64,000 nt of DNA, taken from the NCBI GenBank assembly GCA_040905045.1, contig JBBDSH010000050.1:7698-71697 (forward strand). Reading direction: 5' to 3'. Made by a program: the position numbers and the translations under genes. This document shows, one piece after another, positions 44,927 through 54,668 of this stretch. Every line of letters starts with the position of its first letter. Within the stretch, counting starts at the first letter, position 1. Source of the DNA: Gammaproteobacteria bacterium (GTDB lineage: Bacteria > Pseudomonadota > Gammaproteobacteria > Eutrophobiales > Eutrophobiaceae). The notes under the pieces were generated by a model. That model was not told where the DNA came from, did not search any database, and was given only the letters and a program-made list of their open reading frames with translations.

Positions 44927-45345
44927 TGATCGAGAAAGCGGAAGCCATCGTTCCCGGCCCGCTGTATCCGGATCTGTTCGACGGCGAGTCGCCGATCTGG
45001 CAGCAGGGCGAGGCGGTCTGTCTCGGCTGCGGCTGCACGGATTCGAACCCTTGTCGCTTCCCGAATTTCTCGAACTACAGCCGCATGGAATCCTGCGCCT
45101 GGGTTTATGTGCGTTACGACATCGGCATCGGTGCCTGCAGTCAATGCGAGTTTTATGCGTGGCTGGTGGAGAACTGGGACGCCGCCACGGCCCACCGCTC
45201 AGGTCCCTGCCAGCGCTGCCGCCGGCCTAATTCGAAAGTCTTTATCGTCGCCGACTCGACCGTCGTTGGTCGCATCGCCGTTCAGATATGCCAGTGGTGC
45301 TGGATAGGGCCGGAGTTATGGTGCTGGATAGGGCCGGAGTTATGA
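44926..45345 (+). CDS. Cys-rich hypothetical protein with duplicated C-terminus
   Basis: Start is probably ATG 44926 (MIEKAEA...). The C-terminus WCWIGPELWCWIGPEL is produced by the 24-bp tandem duplication. Confidence 0.35.
   Translation: MIEKAEAIVPGPLYPDLFDGESPIWQQGEAVCLGCGCTDSNPCRFPNFSNYSRMESCAWVYVRYDIGIGACSQCEFYAWLVENWDAATAHRSGPCQRCRRPNSKVFIVADSTVVGRIAVQICQWCWIGPELWCWIGPEL
45296..45343 (+). repeat. perfect 24-bp tandem duplication (ggtgctggatagggccggagttat x2) spanning a stop/start junction
   Basis: Two identical units at 45296..45319 and 45320..45343. Confidence 0.9.
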
Positions 45346-45536
45346 ATATCAATCGCAGCGCCCGCGTCAACATGGACGGCAACATCGAGGAGACGATCAC
45401 GATCACACGCACGCCGGAGGAATACCTGCGTGAGGCACACGAGGTCTACGACTACCTGATGGCCTATCGCGGCAAACCCGCCGCGCAACGGCCGCCGGCA
45501 TTGGGGAACAAGAATAATGGCAAAGTCAGTCAGTAA
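45342..45536 (+). CDS. hypothetical phage protein
   Basis: 65 aa from ATG 45342 (MNINRSARVNMDGNIEE). Confidence 0.3.
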   Translation: MNINRSARVNMDGNIEETITITRTPEEYLREAHEVYDYLMAYRGKPAAQRPPALGNKNNGKVSQ

Positions 45537-46023
45537 AAACGGTTCGCGCCGTGACGATTATGAAACGCCCTGGGCGGTGGTGCGCTGGCTGGAAGCGCGG
45601 TTCGGCGCGTTCGATCTCGATCCGTGCTGCAGTCGAAGCACGAAAAAAGCGCCGCGATATATCAGTGAGCAAGGCAACGGCCTGCTGCGGAGATGGTCGG
45701 GCAACGTGTTCATGAACCCGCCCTGGTCGCAGCCGTTGCAATCGCTGTTCCTCTATATGGCCAGGACGGAAGTCAGAACAGGTCATGCCGATCAGGTGGT
45801 CGGACTGATCCCTTCCTGCAACATGGACACCATCGCCTGGCACGACGAGATCCTGAATTGCGGCGCCCACGAACTCATCATCGTGCGCGGCCGCATCCAC
45901 TTTCTGCTGGACGGCGAGCCGCGCCCGAACAGTTCCGTGCCGACCGCGTTCCCGATCTGGCGAGGGAAGCGTGCGCCCAGGTCGCCGAAAATTTTTACCG
46001 TCAGAGCGAGCGACCTGCGATGA
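45517..46023 (+). CDS. phage DNA N6-adenine methyltransferase (Dam-like)
   Basis: DYETPWAVVRWLEARFGAFDLDPCCS with the catalytic NPPW motif (FMNPPWS). Confidence 0.7.
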   Translation: MAKSVSKNGSRRDDYETPWAVVRWLEARFGAFDLDPCCSRSTKKAPRYISEQGNGLLRRWSGNVFMNPPWSQPLQSLFLYMARTEVRTGHADQVVGLIPSCNMDTIAWHDEILNCGAHELIIVRGRIHFLLDGEPRPNSSVPTAFPIWRGKRAPRSPKIFTVRASDLR

Positions 46024-46472
46024 CCTGCCGCGCCACCGTCGATCAACGCAAGGCCGAGCTGGGCAAGATCCACATCGCCAAGAAGCAGCTCGACATGGAC
46101 GATGAAACGTATCGGGACATGTTGTTCACCATCGCGCGTGTGCGATCCGCTGCGGACCTGGACGCCCAGGGCCGGCAGGACGTACTGCGCCACCTGCGTG
46201 CCTGCGGCTTCCGGGGCAAGCCGGCGCGGCCGCGCCACCATCCCGGCGCGCCGCACAACATCGATAGCGACGTGCGCGGCCCGATGCTGAAAAAGATCGA
46301 GGCCTATCTCGCCGAGGCCAAACGGCCCTGGTCCTACGTCGACGGCATGGCGCAGCACATGTTCCACGTGGATCGCGTTGCCATGTGCGGCCCGCAGCAG
46401 CTGCGTAAAATCATCGCCGCCCTTGATTACGACGCGCGACGGCACGGCCGGTACCGGGGAGCAAAATCCTGA
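46021..46472 (+). CDS. GemA/Mu gp16-like regulatory protein (DUF1018)
   Basis: Start is probably ATG 46021; LGKIHIAKKQLDMDDETYRDMLF is typical of the family. Confidence 0.55.
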
Positions 46473-46723
46473 TGGCCGTCTACGTGGACAACGCACAGAT
46501 CCCGTTTCGGCGCATGAAGATGTGCCACATGATTGCCGACAGCCTGGACGAATTGCACAGGATGGCGGAGCGGATCGGGCTGAGACGTCGGTGGTTTCAG
46601 GATGGCGGCAGCTTCCCGCACTATGACGTCTGCCTCACTAAACGCGACATGGCCATCAGCTATGGCGCCGTTCCGGTCGAGCGCAGGGAGCTGGTCAGGA
46701 TCATGCGGGAGCTGCGTGCATGA
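46472..46723 (+). CDS. DUF4031-family protein
   Basis: MAVYVDNAQIPFRRMKMCHMIADSLDELHRMAERIGLRRRWFQ. Confidence 0.5.
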   Translation: MAVYVDNAQIPFRRMKMCHMIADSLDELHRMAERIGLRRRWFQDGGSFPHYDVCLTKRDMAISYGAVPVERRELVRIMRELRA

Positions 46724-47298
46724 ATATCAGCTGCCCCAACTGCGCGCTCACCTTTCCCTTGATCGCCGGCGTCAACGACGCCGACGCGCGCAAGTTCGCG
46801 GCCGTTATGGGTGAGCTGCCGTCGCCGGTTACGCGCCCGTTAATCGAATATTTACAGCTCTTTAAACCGCCTAAATCCGGCCTGCGCTGGAAGAAGATGC
46901 TGTCCGTCACCTGCGACATCGCCGGGGAAATCATCGCCGGCGAGATCCGTTACGACCGGCGCACGCTGCCGGCCGGCGTCGAGCAGTGGGCGGCCGGCAT
47001 GCAGGACATGGCCGAGCGCCGCGACAAGCTGTCGCTGCCGCTCACCAGCAACGGCTACCTGCGCAAGATCGTCTTCGGCCTGGCGGACAAGGCCCAGGGC
47101 GAGGCCGAGCGCGAACGCGAGGAACGGGTGCGCAGCGGCCGCCGGACGGAGAATACGACGCCGGCGCCGGACCGCAGCGCGATCAACAACGAGATCCGAT
47201 CGCTGCAGCGGCTGCTGGAACACGCGCCGAACGCCGCGCGGCCGTCGCTGGAAAAGCAGATCGCCGAACTGAAAACACGACTGGGGGAGGTGGACTGA
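46720..47298 (+). CDS. hypothetical phage protein with an N-terminal CxxC
   Basis: 192 aa, MNISCPNCALTF. Confidence 0.35.
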   Translation: MNISCPNCALTFPLIAGVNDADARKFAAVMGELPSPVTRPLIEYLQLFKPPKSGLRWKKMLSVTCDIAGEIIAGEIRYDRRTLPAGVEQWAAGMQDMAERRDKLSLPLTSNGYLRKIVFGLADKAQGEAEREREERVRSGRRTENTTPAPDRSAINNEIRSLQRLLEHAPNAARPSLEKQIAELKTRLGEVD

Positions 47299-47486
47299 TG
47301 TATTCCTTTTACACGGATATCCACGAGGGCGCGAGGCGCCTCACTATCCGGGTCCGTCGCGGCTGGCTGTATCGCCTTCTGACCGGCCAGGAAGAAACCA
47401 CCGTCGCGGAGATTTATCTGCCCCGCAAAGACTGTTTTGCGTTATCCAACGCGCTCCATAAACTCGGCGACAAGAGGGTGGCATGA
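47298..47486 (+). CDS. small hypothetical phage protein
   Basis: 62 aa from ATG 47298 (MYSFYTDIHEG). Confidence 0.25.
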   Translation: MYSFYTDIHEGARRLTIRVRRGWLYRLLTGQEETTVAEIYLPRKDCFALSNALHKLGDKRVA

Positions 47487-47884
47487 TCGCTGTTACGGAA
47501 ATCGACGACGATCTGCTGCCGGACTCTTTGAAACCGATTGCGGATCTCATCGGCCTGCCGGCGACCATCAGCCTGGTGGAATCCTACGGCGGCGTGCGGA
47601 TATATATCCCGCGGAGTCCCGGTGAGGATCACCCGCTGGTGCAGCGCATCGGCCTCGAGGCCGCCGAGTCACTGGCGCGGATCTACGACGGTGAGCCGGT
47701 GGAATTACCGATGGCCTCGGCCGCGCTGCGCGACGCTCGCGACAGGGAACTTCTGCGCCGTGCCGATGAGGGCTGCAGCATCAATGCACTGGCGCAGGAG
47801 TTCGGCCTGTCCCGCCGCCAGGTCTTCCGCATCCTGTCACGACTTCGTCGCCTGAACCCGGGTGACGCGCGTCACCCTGATTAA
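47483..47884 (+). CDS. mor: Mor-family transcriptional activator (middle/late operon regulator)
   Basis: C-terminal HTH NALAQEFGLSRRQVFRILSR and a Mor-like N-terminus. Confidence 0.65.
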   Translation: MIAVTEIDDDLLPDSLKPIADLIGLPATISLVESYGGVRIYIPRSPGEDHPLVQRIGLEAAESLARIYDGEPVELPMASAALRDARDRELLRRADEGCSINALAQEFGLSRRQVFRILSRLRRLNPGDARHPD

Positions 47885-47912
47885 TTTTCCCCCGGGCGTC
47901 TATCGTGGCGCC

Positions 47913-48494
47913 ATGTCCAGTCAAACATTCGATCGACTCGCCGCACCCTGGATCCTGCGCAGGGATGTGGAGGGCGGTTTCTCCGACCATCGTAACGATC
48001 GCGGCGGCGCCACGAATTTCGGTATCTCCATTCATTTGATGGAGTTGCTGCCGGACGGCAACGACGACGGCTATCTCGACGGTGACATCAACAAGGACGG
48101 CGTCATTGATATCGAGGACATTCACGCCCTGGACGACGATCGCGCCCTGGATATTTACTACCGTTATTTCTGGCGGCCGAACCGCTGCGAGGATCTGCCG
48201 CCGGCCGTCGGCCTGTGTCTCTTCGACGGCCTGGTCAATCACCAGCCGAACCCCGCGCGCCGTTTGCTGCAGGAAGGTCTGGAGGTGTTGGCCGACGGCA
48301 AGGTCGGCCCGATCACGATCGGCGCCGCGCACAAGATCAGTCCGGACTACTTCCTGCCGAACTACCTTTCCCACCGCGCGCGGTTCTACACCGACATCGT
48401 CCGTGCGGATACATCGCAGTCCACGTTCCTGCGCGGCTGGTTAAAGCGGATGTTCCTGCTGCAGCAATTCATTATGAAGGAGATCAAACCATGA
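47913..48494 (+). CDS. endolysin (GH108 N-terminal domain plus peptidoglycan-binding domain) with an EF-hand-like insertion
   Basis: EGGFSDHRNDRGGATNFGIS matches the GH108 motif; it contains the loop DGDINKDGVIDIED. Confidence 0.65.
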   Translation: MSSQTFDRLAAPWILRRDVEGGFSDHRNDRGGATNFGISIHLMELLPDGNDDGYLDGDINKDGVIDIEDIHALDDDRALDIYYRYFWRPNRCEDLPPAVGLCLFDGLVNHQPNPARRLLQEGLEVLADGKVGPITIGAAHKISPDYFLPNYLSHRARFYTDIVRADTSQSTFLRGWLKRMFLLQQFIMKEIKP

Positions 48495-48925
48495 GAGTCA
48501 TTTTATCCATTGTATTTGTCGCGTTGCTGGCCGGTTGCAGCACTTACGCCGGCAAAAGCAAGCTGCGCGATCATGCGAACCTCGAAGATTATAACCCGCA
48601 GAATTTCCAGGGATGCACCGTCGGCCAGTACAAAATCCCGGATATTGCGACCCGCGAAACGGGCGACACTGATAATAAGGGGCTGGCTCCCGGCGCCACG
48701 ATCACCTGGTGGGATTGCAAAGACAAGGCACACGTCAGCGGCAAGATGGATTTGACGGGTGACGGTAAGCCGGACTTTGAATACAGGGCCGACGATGTGG
48801 ACGGCTCAACAGCCGCCAAGATACGCGCCGATCTCGAAGCGCGGTTTGCCGAGGCCGGCGTGGAAGGCGCCGGCAAGGCAGCCTGTCTCGCGATGGCCAG
48901 CATGGGCATTCCGTGTAGAGACTGA
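48491..48925 (+). CDS. lysis-cassette lipoprotein (o-spanin or unimolecular spanin candidate)
   Basis: Signal peptide plus lipobox LLAGCS; it overlaps the endolysin stop by 4 bp. Confidence 0.45.
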   Translation: MRVILSIVFVALLAGCSTYAGKSKLRDHANLEDYNPQNFQGCTVGQYKIPDIATRETGDTDNKGLAPGATITWWDCKDKAHVSGKMDLTGDGKPDFEYRADDVDGSTAAKIRADLEARFAEAGVEGAGKAACLAMASMGIPCRD

Positions 48926-48928
48926 TCT

Positions 48929-49300
48929 GTGCCGGAAACCCGCGACGGCCTCGCCTGCCCGCAATCGTTCCTCGACGCGCCGGATGAACTCCGGCGCCAG
49001 GTGTGTAACGGCTGCGGGTCGGCGCAGGCGAAGTTCGATTTCATTCCGGACACGGTCTGGTTTCTGCCGATCCGGAAAGCCTGCGACATTCATGACTGGA
49101 TGTACGCACAAGGCCGGGACATCGAGGACAAACGCCAGGCCGATCGCGTGTTCCTCAACAACATGCTGCGGCTGGTCGAACGCGAGCGCGGCATCGTCGG
49201 CCGGCTGCTGAAACCGCTGCGCCGCCGGCGGGCGCTGAAGTATTACGAGGCGGTGAACGCCTTCGGCGGGCCGGCCTTCTGGTCGGGCAAGAATGGATGA
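48929..49300 (+). CDS. hypothetical phage protein in the lysis region
   Basis: 123 aa with a GTG start. Confidence 0.3.
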   Translation: MPETRDGLACPQSFLDAPDELRRQVCNGCGSAQAKFDFIPDTVWFLPIRKACDIHDWMYAQGRDIEDKRQADRVFLNNMLRLVERERGIVGRLLKPLRRRRALKYYEAVNAFGGPAFWSGKNG

Positions 49301-49502
49301 AGCCGATCACGCGCAGCGCTGGGAAGAACGGGAGCGCGCATTATCACTGGGCGCGGTGCTCGGCGCCGCGACCGAAGAGCACGTCATCATCGACGGAGAG
49401 GTAGTCTGTATGGACTGTAGTACGCCGCTGCCGCAAGAGCGTTTGAAAGCACACCCGCGTGCACTACGGTGCGTGCCGTGTCAACAGAACCGGGAGGCCT
49501 GA
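49293..49502 (+). CDS. TraR/DksA-family C4 zinc-finger protein
   Basis: CMDCSTPLPQERLKAHPRALRCVPCQ. Confidence 0.6.
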   Translation: MDEADHAQRWEERERALSLGAVLGAATEEHVIIDGEVVCMDCSTPLPQERLKAHPRALRCVPCQQNREA

Positions 49503-49867
49503 TGCTGGAAGCTGACCTTAACAACATGATCGAGATCGCCAAATTTTTTTGGATGATCACCATCTCCATCGCCTCCGCCGGCGCCTGGATCTACGCCTGG
49601 TTGAGTCAGAAGCGGTCGGCGACGCTGGATCGCGTCGAGGCCTCCGAGCGCCTGCTGAATGAAATGGCGCATCGGCTGACCTCGCTGGAAAAGGACGTGA
49701 TGCACGGCCCGACGCACAACGACATCCAGGAGCTGCACGGCCGCATCACCGATTTACAGAGCAGCCTCGATAGATTGATCGGCGGTATCGACGCCTGGGG
49801 CGATACCTACAAGGCCATGAACGAGCAGCTGATCAATATCAACAGTTACCTGCGGGAGCACAAGTAA
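49502..49867 (+). CDS. membrane protein with coiled-coil (DUF2730-like; holin or i-spanin candidate)
   Basis: Start is probably ATG 49502; it has a TM helix (FFWMITISIASAGAWIYAWL) followed by a coiled-coil. Confidence 0.4.
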   Translation: MLEADLNNMIEIAKFFWMITISIASAGAWIYAWLSQKRSATLDRVEASERLLNEMAHRLTSLEKDVMHGPTHNDIQELHGRITDLQSSLDRLIGGIDAWGDTYKAMNEQLININSYLREHK

Positions 49868-49869
49868 TC

Positions 49870-50166
49870 GTGCCCTACAACGAGCACATCGCCAGGGCGC
49901 GCCGTCTCCGGCTGCTGCGCATACTCCACGAGGCGGACGGCTACCGGCTGAACGATATCATGCTCGGCAAGCTGCTGGACAATTACGGCTATAACGTCAG
50001 CAACGATCAGCTGCGCACTGACGCCGCCTGGCTGTCCGAACAAGGGCTCGTCACGGTGCAGGATTTCGACGATGTGCAGCTCATCAGTCTTACGCAACGC
50101 GGCGCCGACGTCGCGGCCGGAAAGATCACCACGCCTGGCGTCGACCGGCCCGCACCGGGGCGGTAA
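49870..50166 (+). CDS. hypothetical phage protein upstream of the terminase genes
   Basis: 98 aa with a GTG start. Confidence 0.3.
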   Translation: MPYNEHIARARRLRLLRILHEADGYRLNDIMLGKLLDNYGYNVSNDQLRTDAAWLSEQGLVTVQDFDDVQLISLTQRGADVAAGKITTPGVDRPAPGR

Positions 50167-50168
50167 CG

Positions 50169-50696
50169 ATGCCGAAAGCCTCCAGCGTCACGCAACTCGA
50201 TCCTGCGATCCGTGAAGCGGTGAATCGCGCGATACGTGAGGAACGCGCCACCATCGATCAGATCGTCGCGCTCATCGAAGACATGGGCGGCGAGGCCTCT
50301 CGATCGGCGGTCGGCCGTTACAAGAAAAACGCCGAGGAGCAGATGGAAATATACCGCGAGGCGCAGGAAGTCGCCAAGGTCTGGATCGGCAAACTGGAAG
50401 AGGATCCGGAAAGCGACATCGGCCGGTTGCTCTCGGACTTGTTGCGCACCGTCGCCTACCAGACGATGGGCACGATGAAGGGGGGTAAAGCCAAACCGGC
50501 CGAGGTGATGTACCTCGCTAAGGCACTGAAAGAAGTCGCCAGCGCCGACAAGATCAGCACCGAGCGCGAGCTGAAGATCCGCCAGGAGGTGGCGAAGAAG
50601 GCGGCGGATAAGGCGGAGACCGTCGGCCGGCAGATGGGGCTGTCCGCAGATCAGCAAACCAATCTGAAAAAAGAATTGTTGGGGATCGTCGGGTGA
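50169..50696 (+). CDS. DUF3486-family protein (Mu gp27-like small terminase subunit)
   Basis: 175 aa, basic N-terminus, immediately upstream of the large terminase gene. Confidence 0.55.
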   Translation: MPKASSVTQLDPAIREAVNRAIREERATIDQIVALIEDMGGEASRSAVGRYKKNAEEQMEIYREAQEVAKVWIGKLEEDPESDIGRLLSDLLRTVAYQTMGTMKGGKAKPAEVMYLAKALKEVASADKISTERELKIRQEVAKKAADKAETVGRQMGLSADQQTNLKKELLGIVG

Positions 50697-52306
50697 GTAC
50701 GCTCGAAGCCGGATTGCTACTGGAGTATCAGAAGCGGTGGGTCGCCGACGACTCGCCGCTAAAGGTATCCGAGAAAGGTCGGCGAACGGGCATTACCTGG
50801 GCGGAGGCTGCCGACGATGTATTGATCGCGGCGACCGACCGCGCGCACGGGGGGCTGAATGTCTATTACTTCCCGCAAGCGCACGATGATTCCATTGAAT
50901 ACATCGAGGCTTGCGCGCGCTGGGCGCAGGCATTCGGCCACGCCATCGAGGAACAGGCATGGGAAGGCACATGGGAGGATGAACTCGGTGTCGTCCTGCC
51001 CGGCGACGATCCCGACAAGCACATCCAGACCTACAAGATCCGCTTCGCCAGCGGTAACCGTATCGTTGCACTCTCATCCGCGCCCAGCCGCGCGCGCGGC
51101 AAGCAGGGCATTTTCGTGCTCGACGAGGCGGCATTCCATCCGAACATGCCCGGCGTGCTCAAAGCTGTCATGGCCGCGCTTCTGCGCGGCGGCAAGGTGC
51201 GCGTGATCTCGACGCACAACGGCGAGGACAACCCGTTTAATGAGCTGCTCTCCGAGATCCGCGCCGGCCGGCGCAAGGGCACCGTGCATCGCTATCCGTT
51301 CAAGCTCGCCGTCGAACAGGGTATGTATAAACGGATCTGTGAAATGGAGATGGCGCGCCGGGAAAAGGCCGGGCTCGATCCCGTCGAGGCGCAATGGTCA
51401 CAAGAGAAAGAAGATAAATACGTCGCCGATGCGTATGCGTTCTACGGCGATGATGCCGAGGAAGAGCTGGACGCGGTACCGAAGTCCGGTACCGGCACGT
51501 TCCTCTCCGGCGCGCTGATCGAGGCGCGCATGAAGGCCGCGCCCGTTCTGCGGCTGCAGTACGATGATGCGTTCGCCCATAAGCCGGAACGTGTTCGCTG
51601 GAGTGAGTGCCAGGCCTGGATCGAGGATCACCTGGCACCGTTGATCAATACGCTCGATGAAAATCTTGAGCACTGCCTCGGCGGTGACTTCGGTCGTACC
51701 GGTGATCTGTCCGTGTTCGGTCCGCTGGAAATAGGCCGTGACCTGGTGCGTCGTTGCCCGTTCCTGGTCGAACTGCGCAATGTGCCATTTGCTCAGCAAG
51801 AGCAGATCCTCTGGTACATCCTCGATCACCTGCCACGGTTGCGCGCGGCGGCACTGGATGCGCGCGGGATCGGTCACCACCTCAGTGAATTGACCTGGCA
51901 GCGGTATGGCGTGTCGCGCGTGGAGCCGGTGATGCTCTCTGTGGAATGGTATCGCGAGAACATGCCTGCATTCAGAACGGCGTTTGAGGACGCGGAGATT
52001 GAAGTGCCGAAGGACGCCGACGTGCTCAAGGATCTGCGCTCCATCAAAATGGACAAGGGCGTCGCGAAGATCCCGGACAATTACAAGGGCACCGGCACCG
52101 ACGGTAAACCCCGCCACGGCGACGCGGCGGTCTGCCTGTTCCTCGGTCACTATGCCAGCCGCATGGAAGTCGCGCCAATCGATTATCAGTCCACCGGCGT
52201 ACGCCGCATGGGCGAGATTGCAGACGGCGCACCGCCGGGTCGCCGCCGCCTGGACGACGTCGGCTTCGGCGCCGTCGCCGGCCGCAATGATTTCGGAGGC
52301 TATTAA
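50693..52306 (+). CDS. terminase large subunit (Mu gp28-like)
   Basis: 537 aa with ATPase and nuclease halves, positioned between DUF3486 and the portal. Confidence 0.7.
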   Translation: MSTLEAGLLLEYQKRWVADDSPLKVSEKGRRTGITWAEAADDVLIAATDRAHGGLNVYYFPQAHDDSIEYIEACARWAQAFGHAIEEQAWEGTWEDELGVVLPGDDPDKHIQTYKIRFASGNRIVALSSAPSRARGKQGIFVLDEAAFHPNMPGVLKAVMAALLRGGKVRVISTHNGEDNPFNELLSEIRAGRRKGTVHRYPFKLAVEQGMYKRICEMEMARREKAGLDPVEAQWSQEKEDKYVADAYAFYGDDAEEELDAVPKSGTGTFLSGALIEARMKAAPVLRLQYDDAFAHKPERVRWSECQAWIEDHLAPLINTLDENLEHCLGGDFGRTGDLSVFGPLEIGRDLVRRCPFLVELRNVPFAQQEQILWYILDHLPRLRAAALDARGIGHHLSELTWQRYGVSRVEPVMLSVEWYRENMPAFRTAFEDAEIEVPKDADVLKDLRSIKMDKGVAKIPDNYKGTGTDGKPRHGDAAVCLFLGHYASRMEVAPIDYQSTGVRRMGEIADGAPPGRRRLDDVGFGAVAGRNDFGGY

Positions 52307-53844
52307 TGGCCACGTATATACAGACTAAAGGTGGTTTAATCGTCCCGGAAAGTTTCGCTGAGCCGGTACCGCAAGAGCGGCCCGGCCGCCCGGACATGAA
52401 CGAGGTCGCCACCACGCGCGATGGTCGCGATATCACGCGCGGCTACGTCGATCCCATGATGCTATTGCAGCCGCAGGATTCCGTTCTGCGTCTGCGCGGC
52501 AATATCAATTATCAGATTTACAAGGAAGTGCTGCGTGACGATCAGGTCAAGACGGCGTTTGAACAGCGCCAGCGTGCCGTCGTCGCGCGCGAATGGGAAG
52601 TGATGCCCGGCGGCGATCGGCCCATCGATCAGGAAGCGGCCGACTACGCACGCGAGCAGCTGAAGGCGCTCAACTTCGACGCCGCTACCGACAAGATGCT
52701 GTACGGTATTTTCTACGGTTACGGTGTGGCGGAGATACTATGGGCGCGGGACGGCAATCGCGTCATCATTGATCAGGTCCGCGTGCGCGATCGCTCCCGC
52801 TTCGCCTTCGACGGCGCCATGCGTTTGCGCCTGAAAACCATGAGCAATCCCATGCCGGGCGAGGAAGTGCCGGACCGCAAGTTCTGGCACTTCGCCAACG
52901 GCGCCGACCACGATGACGAGCCTTACGGTCTCGGCCTCGCGCACTGGTTATATTGGCCGGTGTTCTTCAAACGCGGCGGCATCCGGTTATGGATGACGTT
53001 CCTGGATAAGTTCGGCGCGCCGACGGTCAAAGGCGAGTATCCGCCCAACGCCACGCCGGCGGAAAAGACGAAACTGCTGAACGCACTGGAAGCCGTAAGC
53101 AGTGAGTCCGGCGTGATCATTCCGGAAGGCATGGCCATCGAATTACTGGAAGCGGCGCGCACCGGATCGGCGTCGTATGAAAAGATGTACGATCGCATGG
53201 ACAAGGCCATCGCGAAAGTTATCATCGGCCAGGTGGGATCGACGGAAGGCACGCCCGGCCAGCTCGGCGATCAGGAATCTCAGAGCGATGTCCGTGCCGA
53301 CCTGGTCAAGGCCGACGCGGATATCATCTGCAGCTCGTTTAATCGCACGGTGCTGCGCTGGCTGACCGAGTTTAATTTCCCCGGCGCCATGCCGCCTCAG
53401 GTCTGGCGCAAGATGGAAGAAGAAGAGAATCTTACTTCCATCGCCGAGCGTGACAAAACGCTGTCCGATATCGGATTCCGGCCCACCGAGGATCGCGTCC
53501 GCGATGTTTATGGGGACGGCTACGAATACGCGCCGCCGCAGACACCGCCGAGCCTGCCGCCGCAGTTCGCCGAACCGGCCCGGCGTGACAGCACTGATGA
53601 TGTCGATCAGATCGATGACGAGGCGGACAAGCTGGCCGAGGACTGGGAGCGCACGCTCGGCCGTCGAGTGAATGACATTATTGCGATGGCCGAGGACACC
53701 AACGACTTGCAAACATTCCGCGAACGCCTGCGCGAACTCGCCGCCGCCGAACCGGATGACCAGGTTGTCGAGCAGTTCCGCCGTCTTGGATTCATCGGCC
53801 GCTTGTGGGGACGCTGGCGTGCCGGACGCGGCCGTGACGAATGA
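52306..53844 (+). CDS. portal protein (DUF935, Mu gp29-like)
   Basis: 512 aa at the typical position between the terminase and the MuF-like gene. Confidence 0.7.
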   Translation: MATYIQTKGGLIVPESFAEPVPQERPGRPDMNEVATTRDGRDITRGYVDPMMLLQPQDSVLRLRGNINYQIYKEVLRDDQVKTAFEQRQRAVVAREWEVMPGGDRPIDQEAADYAREQLKALNFDAATDKMLYGIFYGYGVAEILWARDGNRVIIDQVRVRDRSRFAFDGAMRLRLKTMSNPMPGEEVPDRKFWHFANGADHDDEPYGLGLAHWLYWPVFFKRGGIRLWMTFLDKFGAPTVKGEYPPNATPAEKTKLLNALEAVSSESGVIIPEGMAIELLEAARTGSASYEKMYDRMDKAIAKVIIGQVGSTEGTPGQLGDQESQSDVRADLVKADADIICSSFNRTVLRWLTEFNFPGAMPPQVWRKMEEEENLTSIAERDKTLSDIGFRPTEDRVRDVYGDGYEYAPPQTPPSLPPQFAEPARRDSTDDVDQIDDEADKLAEDWERTLGRRVNDIIAMAEDTNDLQTFRERLRELAAAEPDDQVVEQFRRLGFIGRLWGRWRAGRGRDE

Positions 53845-54668
53845 CGGTATCGATCCGGTTCGATTTGCCGCCCGAACGGGCGCTCGAGTTTTTTCAGAAG
53901 AAGGGACTGGCGACATCGTTTGCCTGGCAGGACCTGCTTCACCAGGAACACGAGGCCGCGTTCACCGTCGCCAAGATGATGGACATGGATCTGCTTTCCG
54001 ATGTGCGCGACGCCGTGGAGCGTGCCATCACGGACGGTATCAGCTTCGAGGATTTCCGCGCCGAGCTGGAACCGACGCTGGCCGATCGTGGCTGGTGGGG
54101 AAGAAAGGAGATGACCGACCCGCAGACTGGCCAGGTCCGCGAGGTCCAGCTCGGATCGCCGCGCCGGTTGCGCACCATCTATCAGACGAACCTGCGCACG
54201 GCCTATGCCGCCGGCCACTGGGATCGCATTGTGGACACCGCCGAGGAAGCGCCGTTCCTCTTATACGATGCTGTCCTCGACGAACGCACGCGGCCGGAGC
54301 ACGCCGAATGGGATGGCACATTGTTGCGCTACGACGATCCCTGGTGGGAAGATCATTACCCGCCGAACGGCTGGAATTGCCGCTGCTCGGTGGTCCAGCT
54401 CGACGCCGATCAGGCGCAGGCCATCCTCGGTAAATCCGCGCCGGATACGCCGCCCAGCGACCCGGCGCGTGAATGGGTGAACCCGCGTACGGGCGAGGTG
54501 CAGCAGGTACCGCGAGGCATCGATCCGGGATGGAACTATCATCCCGGACGCGCGCGCACAGCAAAGCTGAGGCAGGATTTTACGGACAAGGTGCGCGGTG
54601 CCGGCACAATCGGCGCCAGCGCTGCAGCGGCACTGGAACGCGCCCTGGATAATTTGAATTTACAGTGA
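53841..54668 (+). CDS. MuF-like head morphogenesis protein (gp30/F)
   Basis: Phage_Mu_F-like C-terminal half (HAEWDGTLLRYDDPWWEDHYPPNGWNCRCSV). Confidence 0.7.
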   Translation: MTVSIRFDLPPERALEFFQKKGLATSFAWQDLLHQEHEAAFTVAKMMDMDLLSDVRDAVERAITDGISFEDFRAELEPTLADRGWWGRKEMTDPQTGQVREVQLGSPRRLRTIYQTNLRTAYAAGHWDRIVDTAEEAPFLLYDAVLDERTRPEHAEWDGTLLRYDDPWWEDHYPPNGWNCRCSVVQLDADQAQAILGKSAPDTPPSDPAREWVNPRTGEVQQVPRGIDPGWNYHPGRARTAKLRQDFTDKVRGAGTIGASAAAALERALDNLNLQ

